Positions 1-13,941 of a stretch of 64,000 nucleotides of DNA are shown here, piece after piece. Numbering within the stretch: the stretch's first letter is position 1; the number at the start of each line of letters is the position of its first letter. A program made the position numbers and the translations under genes. This DNA comes from Ptychomitrium polyphyllum. Taxonomy: Eukaryota. Below the pieces are notes generated by a model, which worked only from the letters and a program-made list of their open reading frames with translations, was not told the DNA's origin and made no database searches. Location of the stretch: positions 16,616,001 to 16,680,000 of the forward strand of contig OZ316775.1 in the NCBI GenBank assembly GCA_973851085.1. The letters run 5' to 3'.

Positions 1-850
1 GCTTAAGACATCTGTTTAAGTCATCTGTCATCTCTACCTTAGGGTTAATATAATCATACAGTAGGCACCATATGGTCGTCGTGTCTGTCTCTCTCTATGA
101 AAACTTGTACTCCTGCTTTTCCTTCACCGAAAGAAAACTACTATGAGTCACATTGCCGACGTGGCATACAATAATACGCCAATACCGGTCAAAGAAGATG
201 CGTCTCTCGTCAGACCAGTTGCAATTGGGCCAAAGACGTTCGCAGACTCAGCTGTCGTGTTCGCCAAAGGTGCTCCTGAGTCCTTTTACCATGAAATGTA
301 AACCTAAAGCCGTCACAACACCCAGAGCCAATAGATCTACGGATTTAGTACATCCATTTTCTTATATTATATAAATCACGTAGATATCGTTCGTTTTAGA
401 CACAGAATGCCGTTACAGGATATGATGCCGGCACCATCTGCGTCTGCATGAGGTGTGAAGTAGTGAATGTACGGGCCTCGTAGATATTAGCTACTCCGTG
501 TGGCACCCGAAGCGCCCCACCCTGTATGTGTCACTCCGTGGCGATATCTTTCTATCTCCGGAGTGTTCTCAACTCATATCTTTAGCTCCCTCAGCCTTTC
601 TTTCGGCCCGTAACACGAGGCTGCCCAGACGCGGAGGTCCATTTCTTTCCGGTGGGGGGGGTGATGCACTCTCGTCTTTCCACCGTCTTTCCTGTGCGGG
701 ACTGGCATCGGCTGCGGAGGTGTTTGGCAATGCGGAGCGTTTCTCTGTCGCCAGCCTTGAAGCTCTGGGAGCTCTTGCGCTTCTGTGCCCACTGCATCGT
801 TATCGCTTGCTGTAGCTTCAGCTTCGACCTCGTCGCCTCTCGCGATCGCC

Positions 851-2452
851 ATGGTGGGCTTCGAGATGAACGATCGGAGAAGTGAGCTCCGCTCAGAACC
901 CGCTCTTACACACACCTCCTAGGGTTTCACCCATTGGGGACTGTTCGCACAACTGGAACCTCATTCGGGGAGGAACGATTGTGCTTGTTCTCTTCCCCTA
1001 GAATTGTGTCGTGAACTGGTTCTTGTGATGATTAGGTTGCGCTCATTGCCCTGTTTTCGCAGCTCGACGAACTTTGGTTCGTGCATGTGTTCGTGATTTT
1101 CCGATGGTTGTTGGGTCAGCAGTCAGCTAGTAGTGGGTTCGGATGTTGAGTATGAGGTGTGGAATGTTTTTTTTGAAGGGATGAGGTTAGGGCTGGACTG
1201 GGAGCTCTGAGTGGGGTTTAGAGTGTGACTAGTGTAATCGGAGTCGACGTGATTCGTGATTTTTGAGTAATGATCTGTGATTAGTTGATGCTGAGCAAGG
1301 GGCGCTGTGGGTGGGAACAGAGATCGGAATTGGGCTTACGGGATTCGGTGTCCTGTTTACTTTCTTGGGTGTGGTTTTCTTCTTCGACAAAGGTCTATTG
1401 GCAATGGGCAATGTAAGAGAGATTGACGCCTGTGGCTTGTGTTGGTTTCAGTGACGAGAACCTTTTATCATGAATTTTATGTAAGGTCTAAAAGTAACAG
1501 GATCTTTGTGTCGGGGTTTAGAGGTTGACATTTAAGATGTTGGTTTTGCGCATCGGCAGATACTATTCGTAGCAGGAGTAATGATTACAATTGGCATAAA
1601 AGGGACGGTGTCATTTTTCCTAAAGCCTCGCAATTATAAGGTATGGAAGGGTTCCCCTCTTGTGATCACCATTTGTACTGAGAGCACCATTGGATTGCTT
1701 TCGTGATTACATACATTGTAGGCTTCTGCGCCCTTACTGTTACTGAGCTTGCTCTGTATTGATTAAGCAGCCTTGTGTGACCCTGTTTGTTGAGAGTGAA
1801 CGTTCTTGTGCTTGACCATGTATATGCAGGGTTCCATACTATTTGGTGCGGGCTTCGCCTTGGTTATATTTGGATGGGCAGTTGTAGGTATGCTGATAGA
1901 GGCGTATGGGTTTGTACTACTGTTCAGGTGAGTCACTTTTTTGTTGCTTCATTCAGGGTGAATTTGAACCTAACACGAGGAGATTATTTCTATCTGAGGT
2001 TTATGTTTAGGCATGTGGTTTCGTATTACTAACTTGCAGAAACTGCTATATGTGACATGAATATATTTGTGTTTACTGGTTTTTGACATGCGTATCCTCC
2101 TCCTTGTTATGGCACAGTGGCTTTTGGCCCACAGCATTGGTTTTCTTATACAGAGTTCCAGTTCTGGGCTACTTTCTCCAGCAACCCTTCATTACCGCAG
2201 TACGTTGTGCTGAACTCTAACTCGTCATTTTATTCTTGAACCAACAGAATTACACTCTGCAGCTGGTTTAAGAACAGAAACGAACGGGTTATAAATGAAA
2301 GTGAAAGTTAATTTTCAAGATAACAAACGACAATGAATCATAATCTTGATAATTTGAACATAGACTGTAACAGTAAAATAGCACAACTTTTGACTAAGCT
2401 GTGGATGTGACAGTTTTTTGATCGGTTTCGGGAGCGAAGGGTGCCGGTTTGA
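851..2452 (+). CDS. GOT1: Vesicle transport protein GOT1 (Got1/Sft2 family), 140 aa, 6 exons: 851-881, 1321-1412, 1560-1640, 1830-1927, 2118-2199, 2414-2452
   Basis: Manual splicing at GT-AG sites gives [48 protein letters not shown]...[41 protein letters not shown]...[12 protein letters not shown]. This matches plant GOT1 from N- to C-terminus; 423 nt in frame. Confidence 0.95.
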
Positions 2453-2615
2453 CGTTTTAAAGATTTGGGGTGATTTTGGAATCCACCTCATGGTAGCAGA
2501 GAACGTAGTTTTCTTTTTTCTTTTTGTGACATTCAAGTCTGGCAAGATACTCTTGATAGGTGTATCACAGGGTGAGACTTTGCTTCTGTTGGAGTGGTGA
2601 GATAAGACGGTGATC

Positions 2616-2645
2616 GATAAACTGGTGAAGGATAAACTGGTGAAG
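2616..2645. repeat. 15-bp tandem duplication (GATAAACTGGTGAAG x2) downstream of the GOT1 stop
   Basis: Exact adjacent copies read directly. Confidence 0.9.
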
Positions 2646-3093
2646 GTGTGTATAGGCAGTGTATGGCAGCAGGATTCACCAGGAATCTTTCATGCTCTGT
2701 GAGTTACGATATGTTAAGATATCATGATTCTAGTCCCAATTGAAACAAGCAGAATGACACGATGTAGAAGCACCAGTAGTACTACAGAGCATACATGACG
2801 TTCATCGTGCAAAATCTTAAGGTTACGACTTGCTTCTCGAGGATCAACACGTCGTGAGGGTTGTAAGATCTAATTTGAGTTTGAGGATCTATTGTAAAGT
2901 TGCAAACCAATGCCTGGTCGGTTGAAGGTCTAGACTGAGGGTCTAGGTTTATTGTGCAAGCTGTACTGTCAAAATCATAAAACGTTGTGAGTTTGAAGTA
3001 TAAATATATCAGAGTGATCTAGAATAGTACATATACTGTAAGTGAAGTCTCTGGTGTAATGAATCCCGGTTTTAAAACTCCGGATGCAGAAAT

Positions 3094-6000
3094 CTACAAG
3101 CGCGCACAACGTGTCTGATTAAAAATGGTGTCTGCTGCAAAACGAGCTACCCACTTGGAGCCAGCCTTGGTGCAGCAGAAGGCATGCAAGTGTCCTTCTC
3201 TTTCAGTAGCAACATGTAGCTCCGGAACCTTCTTAGATATCTGCATGTCGTTCGCAACATTCATGAGCATTCGAAAGAGCGGTACGGTGCCAAAAATGAG
3301 CACGACACAGAAGAAAGACAGGCTTGATCATTACCTTAGTGTCTTGCTCACTAAATTTACAGGGTTGAGTATCAAGTATGGTTAATTCTTGACTTGTTGG
3401 CAGCTTGTGAAATGTAAATTAAACGCTGGTTGACAAAAGGTTGCTACAGACCAGATAGAAAAGAAAGAAAACTTTATTCATTCACACTCGTGTAATAAGA
3501 CTAGTGTAACCGAGAAAGCTATATCAAGAGACTCAAGGTTGCATAAAGGACAAGAAGCGACAAATGCAGATAGACTTCACAAGCTACACGCACCTCATCA
3601 AGAAGCGACAAAGGCCCCCAGTGGTCATCGATTCCAAATAGAAATGAGGTCTTGTTCTGGTTTTCCTTTAAGTAGGCCCAGTCTGGCTCTGGAGGCAGCT
3701 ATATAAACACAATGACCCACGTTAAAGCCCCTGGTCAAAAGCCACGAGTGAACCATCCCTGCTTCGCCTAAACCCTCGGTGAAGCCACAGTATACTGCAC
3801 AGAGACTAAAGCTGTCTAACACCTTGAAGGCCATATCCAAGGTAGGACCAAACTGTGCAGTTTTTTCTCTAGCAAGTCACGCAATTATTATCTTTGAATC
3901 TTACCGATGCAAACTCAGTCCTTCCCATGTACAGGAAATTGTGTACAACATTTTTCTGCAACATTGGGGCACAAAAGATCAGTTGATATGCAAGGCCGCT
4001 AGTTCCAGATTGTACATGTATAACAGATGCAAAGAAGTTTGGTCAAAAGGTTCCAACATATAAAAAGGATACCAGAGCATTGAAATTTCAAATCATGAAC
4101 AATACCCCAAACCAAAAATTTCTAATAGAAAATAGACAACAAAGCAAAAGGGAAAGGTATGACCTTCTGAATCTAGGAAAAATTGCTCAAGACCATAACA
4201 TAGACTTTCATGCCTCAAATGTAATTTCAGCAACAATTTCTTTGCAGCAAACAGTGTCGTTCAGATAGTGAAGAGTGATACCTGTAACATGTATTGGCAT
4301 GTCACATCTATAGCAAGCGGATCCCATACACGGCCTAGTAGCACTTTCACCAAGACCCTTGATAAATCTTTTGGAAGCCGTCCCACAAGACCTGCAAATG
4401 AACTAATAACTGCGCAAAGTACTTGGGATCTGTTCACACACAATACTAAATTGATGAGCTGATGATGACATGGGCATTGTTAGATCCATTAATGCAGTCC
4501 TGTAGTATAAATTTTGATAAAACGTTTTTCTTGTAGAATACACCTTTGATGCACATGTAAAATACTTATGAGGACAATTTAATATCCTTGGACACATTCT
4601 AAACAAGGGTTTGGTGTACTTACGCAGCCACTTTTCCCAGGACGCTCTGGAACTTTGAATACTTATTCAACGTTACAAAAGGATAAAGTCCAATAACATG
4701 TTGTACCTGCAGAATACGTTATCTCCACACTTTCATTTGCTTTTCTGTCATGTTTTGGGAGTTCCCCACTCTTCCACAGATGTAAAGACCAAGTTTTGAG
4801 GACTGGATATCAGAAGCATTTAGGGTTTAGCAACAACGAGAAATCATTTGCTCAGTATGTTCCCAGAAGAAGATGAACTGCTGCCCACCTGAGAAGGGAA
4901 TTTCTTGAGAATTTCCAATGCAATGTAAGCTCCTATCGAGTGGCCCACCTTTGCAGAAGTAAAATAGCCAAATTAAGGCCGATTATATAAGCGTTTTCTA
5001 ACTTTTACAGCTCTCAAACTGGAAAGATATAGCATGAGAATAAAACAGAAAGAGAGCTATGAAAGCCATAATGACAGCGTTACCCTTCAGAGCAATGATA
5101 CAGGGGCAAGAGGTATGTCTGAGAAACCATACCAGAAGCAGTGGGACTTCTGGTGCTTCTAGAAGAAGTCTGTCCCTTACAAAATGAACCTGCTCAATCC
5201 CCGGCCTCTTAATAACCCACAGGATTCCTGTGATCTTGTAATCAACTATCAACCTGACGAAAGAATACAACACTGAATATTGGGATTGAAAATATTCACT
5301 AACAGAGTTTATTATTTCTGAAGCCCCATAGGTCAACAAAGACCATTCGCATTACCAATTGAGTAACTGACGTACCACTGTCACTAACAAATTTCATAGT
5401 AAGAAATGAGAACCACCTTATGGTTTATTTGATCCTGCAAAGAGAAAGATTTCCCAAGCTCCCAATCCTGTAGCCAAAACACAAAAAGAATATGACTTCA
5501 CCATCGTATTCTTGTGATGTGTAGATTAAACCTGCTATCAATATCTAGTCCCATCAGCTTTAGATGTTTAGTAGAGTCTACTACGTAGAGAAGTAATCAG
5601 ATGACCAAGAAAACATAAAATAAAGGAATTCAGCCGAAGGAAGAATGACGAGCCTAATTAAACAGAAATTTGGAAACACGGAGCTGGAAGTTGATTGTAA
5701 GCAAAGACAAGAGTGGAGGTCAAGAAACCTTCGACACATGTGCAATGTGGCTGATCGCTGCAACCAAGACACAAATTTTCCAGACGACTGCGTCAGTCAA
5801 TAACAACGCTATCTAGCTGTCGAAACTGGCAAATCAACGAAAAATCTTTGAAACGACAATGTCTAAAAATGTCGCTGTTATCCTATATAATGTAATGAAT
5901 CGTGTTATATCCCGTTGAGGAAATGCTGCTATAAAAGAAGTGGCATATGTAGCCTAAAGATTATTCCCATTGTTTGGTGGCAACAGAATATAAGACAATC

Positions 6001-6709
6001 AATGCAGCAGGAAATACCTGTAACCGATGCTTGACCATTAAGGTGGTCCCACAGGGCCTCGAGAAACTCTTTGTAGTAGGCCACGACACCTTTCAGAAGG
6101 ATGAAATGCCCCCAGAACATCATTTCAAAGACTGAATCAGCAAAAGGCTGACCAGAAATTGCTCATCACATCCGTTCAGTATGCAATGAAAACCTTACTC
6201 GAGTTTCTAAATTCAAAGTTCATAAGGCCCTCTCTTCAATTATAAAGCAGTTGGCCATGGATACTTTGCAACAAACCTGGGTTTCCAGGTACAAACAATA
6301 CTTGAAAAGCCGGCCTTTCAGCACACACTTCCAGAATTTCTGTTGCATGTCTGTCCAAAGAAACACCCAATCAAGACAGCAACAACACAATACGAGCAAG
6401 GACGTTTTTGGTCAAAATGCCATATGCATAAAGGAAGTACACATCATTCTCCATCCTTCAAGACCCTCCATCTTGTTACGCTCGCCTGCAGAGGAACCTA
6501 TCTAAAATCTGTTGTATACATACACTACTGCTTTCTGCCGATGTAAAACTAGGAAAGTTCAACCTTATAATTCACAAAAGTTTTCATCACCATGCTTATG
6601 CAGTCTGGAGGAAGATCTCAAGCAGGATATGCAAGTGAAGTAGCAAATACCCTCCAATTCTGTCCACGCGGAAGGATGCAGGAGGGGAGGAGATTGCAGG
6701 CAGCCCCAT
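3094..6709 (-). CDS. Lipid-droplet-associated hydrolase-like alpha/beta hydrolase, 311 aa, 12 exons: 6709-6651, 6350-6277, 6089-6018, 5757-5729, 5467-5417, 5189-5133, 4948-4889, 4706-4624, 4429-4282, 3955-3905, 3698-3594, 3240-3094
   Basis: The spliced product has the LDAH-family motifs VLFVPGNPGVVAYY, FSLQDQINHK, nucleophile GHSIG, GLYPF, FGIDDHWGP and HLHAFC. All introns are GT-AG and phases sum to 936 nt. Confidence 0.93.
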
Positions 6710-8360
6710 CGTTGGCACACTCACGACCTGTTTCTTCAACGCGCTCCGAGTGAACTGAAATGCATGCAAACCCCACCTCTTAAAATGCCCATTGCTACAC
6801 ATATACAGCAATCATCTGCACCCCCGTTCAACTCACACTAATGGCTGGTCAGCTCGAATTCACACAAATTTGGGCGCCATCGGTAAACACACTTCACTCC
6901 CAGAAAACAACAGCGGCTGCATTCAAAATGTTGCAAAACACACAAACTCCTAAATCCTAACCACCATACCCGCCTCTCCAAATTTGCAAGCAGCTAACAT
7001 CAAACACTTCACTGATCGCGAGCTTAAACATCGTCAGTTCAGAATATGTAAGCATTGAATAATCGAAACCATTCAAATCCATAAGTAATCAAACATTCAG
7101 GAAGTTGACATCAATTAAGACTCAACACCAATGTTAAAACAGTAAGTCAATCCAAAACGTCTGATGGAATTCTCAATCCCAGTGCGCACGCAATTAGGTG
7201 AACTCGCGACAAAGAACAGACGAACTAGCAATCAAAAACCCAAAGAAAAGGAGCTATTCGAACATGAATCGAGAGAGTTCGGCCAGGTAGGAAACAACGA
7301 AGCTACAAACCAGGCCACAGCTTGACCCGAGCGAACAAAACAAAGAACGCTCCACGCAGAAAATTCGAGCAGCGACCACGCACATGCTGTTGCACTCTCA
7401 TCAACACAAACCAACCATTCTCGCGAACCGTTCTCGCAGTTGTGAACAGCCCACTGCACTGCCCTCGAGCAGAGCTCGCTGCTAACATGCAATGACTCGC
7501 TCGCTCTCTCGCTCTCTCGAGGCCCGGTTCCAAGCTTCACGGCTCGGCACCGAGCCACACCGGCCACTAGGGCTCAAGGACCAACAAAACGCATTGCTCA
7601 TGCCACCCCAGCGTCAGTCATGTGATGGTCGTGGGTCACACATGTGGGCTGTCGCAGTGCTTATGACGGGTTAGTTTTGTTGCTCCTTTTTTGCTGGCTG
7701 ATCGAAAGTGGGAAATTTTTCAGAGTTCGTGGTGACGAGTGAGAGGAGCTACCTTTGGTTTGTGAGAAGGAATAGCAGTCGTCCAGATGCCTCGTGGGCA
7801 CTTATATCGAGGAGTTTTACGGAGACAGTGGCCGCATCGCAGGTTGCGAAGCTGCATTGTTTTACTAGCGCCATTGGATCTGCCAAGCGGGTCTACAGTC
7901 GGTACCTGCATCTCTCCTTCACTTCACTTCATGCGGTTGCTGCTGTTTTCATGATCTGGCCTGGCCTACACACATCTGGCCAGCTGGGGAACTCAGCGAG
8001 GGATTTCAGCTGGTTCCGCAACCTTCCTTCGAGCTTACGAGCTCAGGATCTGTCTTCTCAATCTTGCAATCCTTCTGCTCCGTAACAGCGGAATCAGAGT
8101 CTGCATTCCATCAAGGAGCTCTGCCCGGTTTGCGTTCAACAGAACCGGATATGCTTTGTAATGTTCCCCTAACTAACCACGTGGGCAAGCTCTTCACTTA
8201 GTGTTCTTTGCATGCAGATGCTAATAATCTACGGCGCTGAATTCATCCATCAATCCATTCGTTCGTTCGTTCATTCGTCGTCTGTTCATTCATTGAAGTG
8301 AGTAATGATTGATTGAAATAACAAAGCATTTCTGTCTGCGTGGGTGGTTTAGGGCAATGG

Positions 8361-8440
8361 CCATTCAGGTTCCATTCAGGTTCCAGTCAGGTTCCAGTCA
8401 GGTTCCATTCAGGTTCCATTCAGGTTCCAGTCAGGTTCCA
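8361..8440. repeat. 11-bp minisatellite TTCCA(T/G)TCAGG, about 7 copies
   Basis: Directly visible tandem array. Confidence 0.9.
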
Positions 8441-10263
8441 TTCCATTGTGTTGTTATATATTGAAGATTGCTGTCACATCAAGGCTTGGCAACAATGGGC
8501 TCAACCGGCTGCTTTTTCATGCAAGCTTGTTTGTTTGTGGGTGTATTTGATCTTGTATCTTTTGAGAATATTCATGGCTCAGGAAATGTACATTGCTCAG
8601 AAAAGTAGTTGTGCAGACTAAAGTCCCTGCCTATAAAAGTCGAATCAAATAATGGTGTCACTTGAGATTTCATCCTCTTTCTTACTCTGAAATGAATGTG
8701 AGTGTAAGTGATGCTTCGCTGAAGGGTTCTTCCTGCCTGTGGAGCATGCGTAACATGCATTAGGATGCACAATATGGTAGTGGATATACATATGTCGAAA
8801 AGGTATTGCATTACTCTTTGTAAAATGTACAATCGATTGAAATCATTTGATGAAATTTGAATGTGTTGTAATGTACAAGGTTCACTGGGCATATGTATGA
8901 GTTTCAAATAAAAGCCACGTACTTTTCATTTCTAACCAAAGTGTTAATTCAAGCATAAAATCTATAGGATTGTTTACAGCAAGGATGAAATTATTTTTAG
9001 AATCACATGATACAGATTTCATCAATAGTGGAGCTTTGGAGAATGAAACCTAATTAAGCAAATCTTAATTTGAATATCTTAAAGTTTTTTAATTCATTAA
9101 GAATGTGTACACCAAAGGAGAAATATCATGCCATTGGTATATTTTTCTAAATCAAAAGATATTCTTAAATTTTTTTTTCCAAATTAATTTTATCCTTGTA
9201 CCATATGTAAAGATTAAATTAAATTTAAGTATTTTAAAAATTAAGAATCAAAATTTATTGAACCACTTTTTAGATTAATTTTATTTTAAAATAATTAAAA
9301 CTTCATTATATGTTTAATGTGTCAAGATTCCTTTATAATTTTTTTAAACATTAGAAATTTAACAAAAAGGTATTAAATTATACATTGCAAACTTAAATAT
9401 TAAAGTTCAAATATTACTTTTAGCTTTGAAATGTTTATAAGTTTCATTCATCAATTCTAAATTTAGCGTTTCAATTTCTCACAATATGATAATTATAAAT
9501 CTAAACAATTAAAAATCAAAAACTATGCTTTGGTAAATCTTTAAAACATAATTTCAAAGACTATGATTAAAAAACTTTATACATTTATAAATAATCTCTA
9601 CTACGACTATAGCTATTTTGACATTGTCTTATTTTTAAATTTTTAAAAAAACCTTTCATTTCCAATTCATTTTTCAATTCATCTCTTAATTAATTTCTTA
9701 CATTTACTTTTACATTATTTTTGAAATAATGAGTATCAAAAATCCTAATTCTTCTGTAATCATTCATTATTCTAATATCATTATTTAATTTATTTAATAA
9801 CATATTCTTTTTATTGTATTTTTTTATTATTTGTTTCATTTCATTAATTTGTTTTAAAATATGGAATGATTTTGATTGCTACTTTCATGTTTTATTACAC
9901 ATGAACATTTATTGCTATTATAACTTATGAGTGTTATTCCAATCATTACATTTCAAATTTAAAGATGAACTAGTACAATCACTTGTGGCTAAAAAACAAT
10001 TGAAACGTAAATGTAATTTAGTTTAAAAATTTGATAGCAATTATCATTTAAAGCTAATTTGATTTTTTTAACATCTTCATTGTGTTAATTTTGTTATTAT
10101 TTTTCTAATTTATAAAATTGAAGATGTAATTTGTTTTACAATTTATTTATTTTTTACCTAGATTTTCTAATTTTCATTTTCGCTTTCGATCTACCCATAG
10201 TTATAATTATTTTTTACTTATAATATATTATGATAGTCATTTTTATACTTTTTACATACTTTA

Positions 10264-10896
10264 TGTTAAGAACACAAGAAACAAAAAGCAGAAATGAAGT
10301 GTTTCCCAAGAATTAGCTTTCAAAGAGCTAATGATTAACAAGAACTTGATACAAAGACTAGAACAAGGCAGGATTCAACATGATCCACAACTTGTGTTGG
10401 CAAGACTAAGGAATACCTTGCCTTGCCTCCTATTTATACTATGACATTTGTATCTCCTAGCATACTTCTAAAGAAGATTCCTACAAGGCTTAAGAATGTT
10501 CTGGAAGTCTAGGGAACTTTTCCAAGAAGTTTTTTAAGATGTTGGAACCTTCCTAAAAGGCTTCCAAGGAGTTTGAATCTTCCTTGGAAGTTTCCTAAGG
10601 TAGCAGAACCTTCTTAGGAAGTTTCCTAAAGAGGTAGAACCTTCCTAGGAAGTTTCTTAAAGTGGAAGAACTTTCCTAGGAACTTTTTTAAAATGATGGA
10701 ATCTTCCTAGGATATTTCCTAAGATGATGGAATTTTCTTAGGAAGTTTTCTAAGGTGGAGGAACTTTCCTAAGAAGCTTCCTAAGAACATGGAAAGACTA
10801 TGGAGACATTTAAAAGTATTATAAGAAGCTATTGTAGTATATTAGAAGGTTCTAGAATGTTCTAAGGATTATATTGCATGATCAATGTCCGTGACA
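10264..10896 (-). mobile_element. Solo LTR, Gypsy family A (633 bp)
   Basis: TG...CA termini; close similarity to the LTRs at 31546 and 37495; flanks CTTTA/CCTTA (4/5 TSD); no internal domain adjacent. Confidence 0.9.
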
Positions 10897-13800
10897 CCTT
10901 AGCAAAAAATATCATAGTAAGAATTATAATTCTTTATAAACAAAATTATTCATAGCTTTTATTAAGCGTTCCAACTTAATTTTTTTAAAGTGTGATGTAG
11001 AAATATAAATGATCTTAGATTTTCATTATTTTTTCAAAATGAAAGAATCCTTCATCATTAATCTATGAAATGCAACTTTTAATGATTTATAATATTTCAT
11101 ATGTCCTATCACTCATATTATGATTAACGTATAGGGATGAGGTAATTTTTCAATATTGTATAAATTTATTGTATATAATGAGGCGATGATGTAGTAATTA
11201 TGCTAATGAAATTGTTGTTATTTATTTTCCATATTTAAAGATAAATTCAATTTTAAAGCATTTTTGACCCTTCAAAGAATTTGAACAAATTATATTTTGA
11301 ATTTGTAAAAATTTCTTTTTTGGACTAATTATATATTTTGTTATTCTAAATATTATAAGCAACATGCCAATTCAATAACAATTAAATGAAGTACATTAAT
11401 TTTGTGCCTAATGTGCCAATTGCAGGTCTTTCCAATTAAAAAGACCTAAACAATGAACTATTAATACAATGGTAGACTATGCCTTTAATAATTGCATAGT
11501 TGTGCTTGAGATGTGAAGGCTTTTAGCAATATAGATAATTCTATTGCTCATCAGCGCTTGATTCAAAGATAATAATCATCTAAGTTACCTTAAAATGATG
11601 CACTAGTTTGTATTACAAGTAGACAAATTGTCTAATATACAATAAAGTCATCAATCATTATATTAATAGAAAATTCACCATCATAAACACAATATAAAAT
11701 TGTTATGTAAAAACTTGCATTTTTATAAAATTTGGATCATTTTTATAATCTACCTATAAACATGGTTGTTGTGCACTTTGGATTACAATTTTAGCACTTA
11801 GATTTTAGTATAAACATTCCAATATCAGATGCTAAAACTAAAATTAAAATTAGTATTATTAAAAAATTATATTTCATCAAAAATCATGGATTTTTTAAAG
11901 TAAATTCTTATTGTACTTAAGAATATTTTTTTTTATAAATAATTCAAACTTAAAAAGATGATATATAAAAAATTCAAAATAGCAGTTAAAATTTTACTGG
12001 TTTATTTTAACAAACATTTTAAATATAAAGATTCTAAACATTTCCAAAAAAAGTTGAATATTAATTTAAATTCTAATGCATTTGTTTTAAAGATGGATAA
12101 TTATACAACCACATTATAAATAGCGTATTATAAAAAACATAATTTTTAATATTATATAATATTATTTGTTGATACAATATATAAAATTATAAATAATATA
12201 ATTTTTATATCATATATTATAAATTTATATTATAAAGTAAATCAACATAGAAAAAACAAAAGTATAGAAGTTAGGTATATATGATTGGCTATTATATTCA
12301 TCATCCATCTTTTTTAATTATGAAGATTCCATTTATCATACAAAATACCCTCATTATGAAATTCTGATTAATTAAAAGAGATCATTCCATAAAAAGCATA
12401 TAACTTAAATTCAAATAATGTTTTTAATATTAAAAAAAAACTCCAATTATACTATATAATTGTTTTTCTATCTTAGTCAATATACAAAATATATTATAAA
12501 TTATATGTAGTTTTGATTCAAACATACAAAATAAACCCTCCTTCAAAGTCACTGTATTTGCATTGAAACTACTTTTATTAAGAAAATCATAAGAAATGTT
12601 GTATTTCCCATTTTTGATAAAATTACAAATACACATCATAGTTAAGTGCAATTGTAATCACAACATACTTTTGTGGTTTAGTGGTGCTTTCAGAGGTTAA
12701 TGAAGCTCAAAATATGAAAAAGTCTTCAAATATAATTGAAATAGTTGGGATTGGGTTTATACCTAGTTGAGAAAAATAAAAAATATAGGTGACAGGCATG
12801 GGACTCAAACGGGAATGGGCTCTGCCACCTTAAAGAATTATAAGTTTGCATCTACACTGACTCTCTCACTTCCATTTTCATGCCTCTCACTCTCCACCAA
12901 CATTGTTTACCACAGACCTACGTTCCTGCAAATAAAATCTGTGATAATTATAGAAACTGCCGCTGTTACGTTACGCTTCCTTTCTGTCGCTTGCACTGAT
13001 CTTCGCATCACTTGTCTTTGTCCCTGCAACGGACAGCCTACTACACAACATGTACCTATTTACAACATAGCTACTCATGCAAAATCAATTTTCAGTCAAA
13101 TTCCAAGATAGGACTAACCGTAGTGATCTAGGAATTTTTCTTCTATTGTTTCTTAAATCTTCTGGAATGCATATCTAGAACTATCTCAGTTCCCAAAGCC
13201 AGTACTATCTACAGAATTGGTATACTGCTTCATGAAATCTGTTGAGAAAATATGGTACTTCGGAGGGGTGTTTGAGTTCTAAAATTACCGAATAGCCGTA
13301 GATTTCATATTGTTGACTATGACGGTTGTAGATGACGACGGTTCTGGGCATGGTGACGGATTTTGAGTACACATATGGATATTGTGTGAATGCCCTAATT
13401 CTGACGCTGATGGAAGTACATTGTGATCTAGGAAGTTAGTTCATTTTGAATTCAAATCTTCATTTTGAGCTGATTTGGCGTACCCTTGCATTAGGGCTTT
13501 TGAGTGAAGCCTTGCGAACGAAGTATCGAAATAAAGTTGGCGGGACTTCCGAGACAGACAGTCAGACCGACACTTGCACTCATGGATGCGCGTTTTCCTT
13601 CACAAATCCCTTGATTAGAGTTGTAAGATTCACCCACACCGAGACGATTAGCGTTGGTGCCTGAGTGCAGGAGCATGTCATTCTCGTTCGCATGGTCATT
13701 CTGTCGACAGATAGAGACTTCATCACTTCGTTATTGGCTCTAGGTTGGGAGTTCATTGCCATCAGCTCCATTGTTGTGATCGTTCTTTGGGCTGTGAGTT

Positions 13801-13941
13801 GCTACATCCGTTGACGATGGGAGTGGAGCGGAGAGAGTGTGTTTAGAGAGCGCTGCATTGCTGTGGTGCTAGAAAGGGGAGATGAATCTCAAGTGTGCGG
13901 GGTGTTAGAGGGGAAGGTGGTGGAGAGTGGAGGAGAGTGCA

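Noticed and set aside
498..915. Overlapping ORFs upstream of GOT1
   Set aside because: GC-rich promoter/5' UTR sequence without recognisable motifs; the real CDS starts at 851
1193..1208. miR319-like fragment CTGGACTGGGAGCTCT
   Set aside because: Incomplete match, no fold-back partner, lies within GOT1 intron 1
8361..8440. Regularly repeated unit as a CRISPR-like array
   Set aside because: No unique spacers; simple eukaryotic minisatellite
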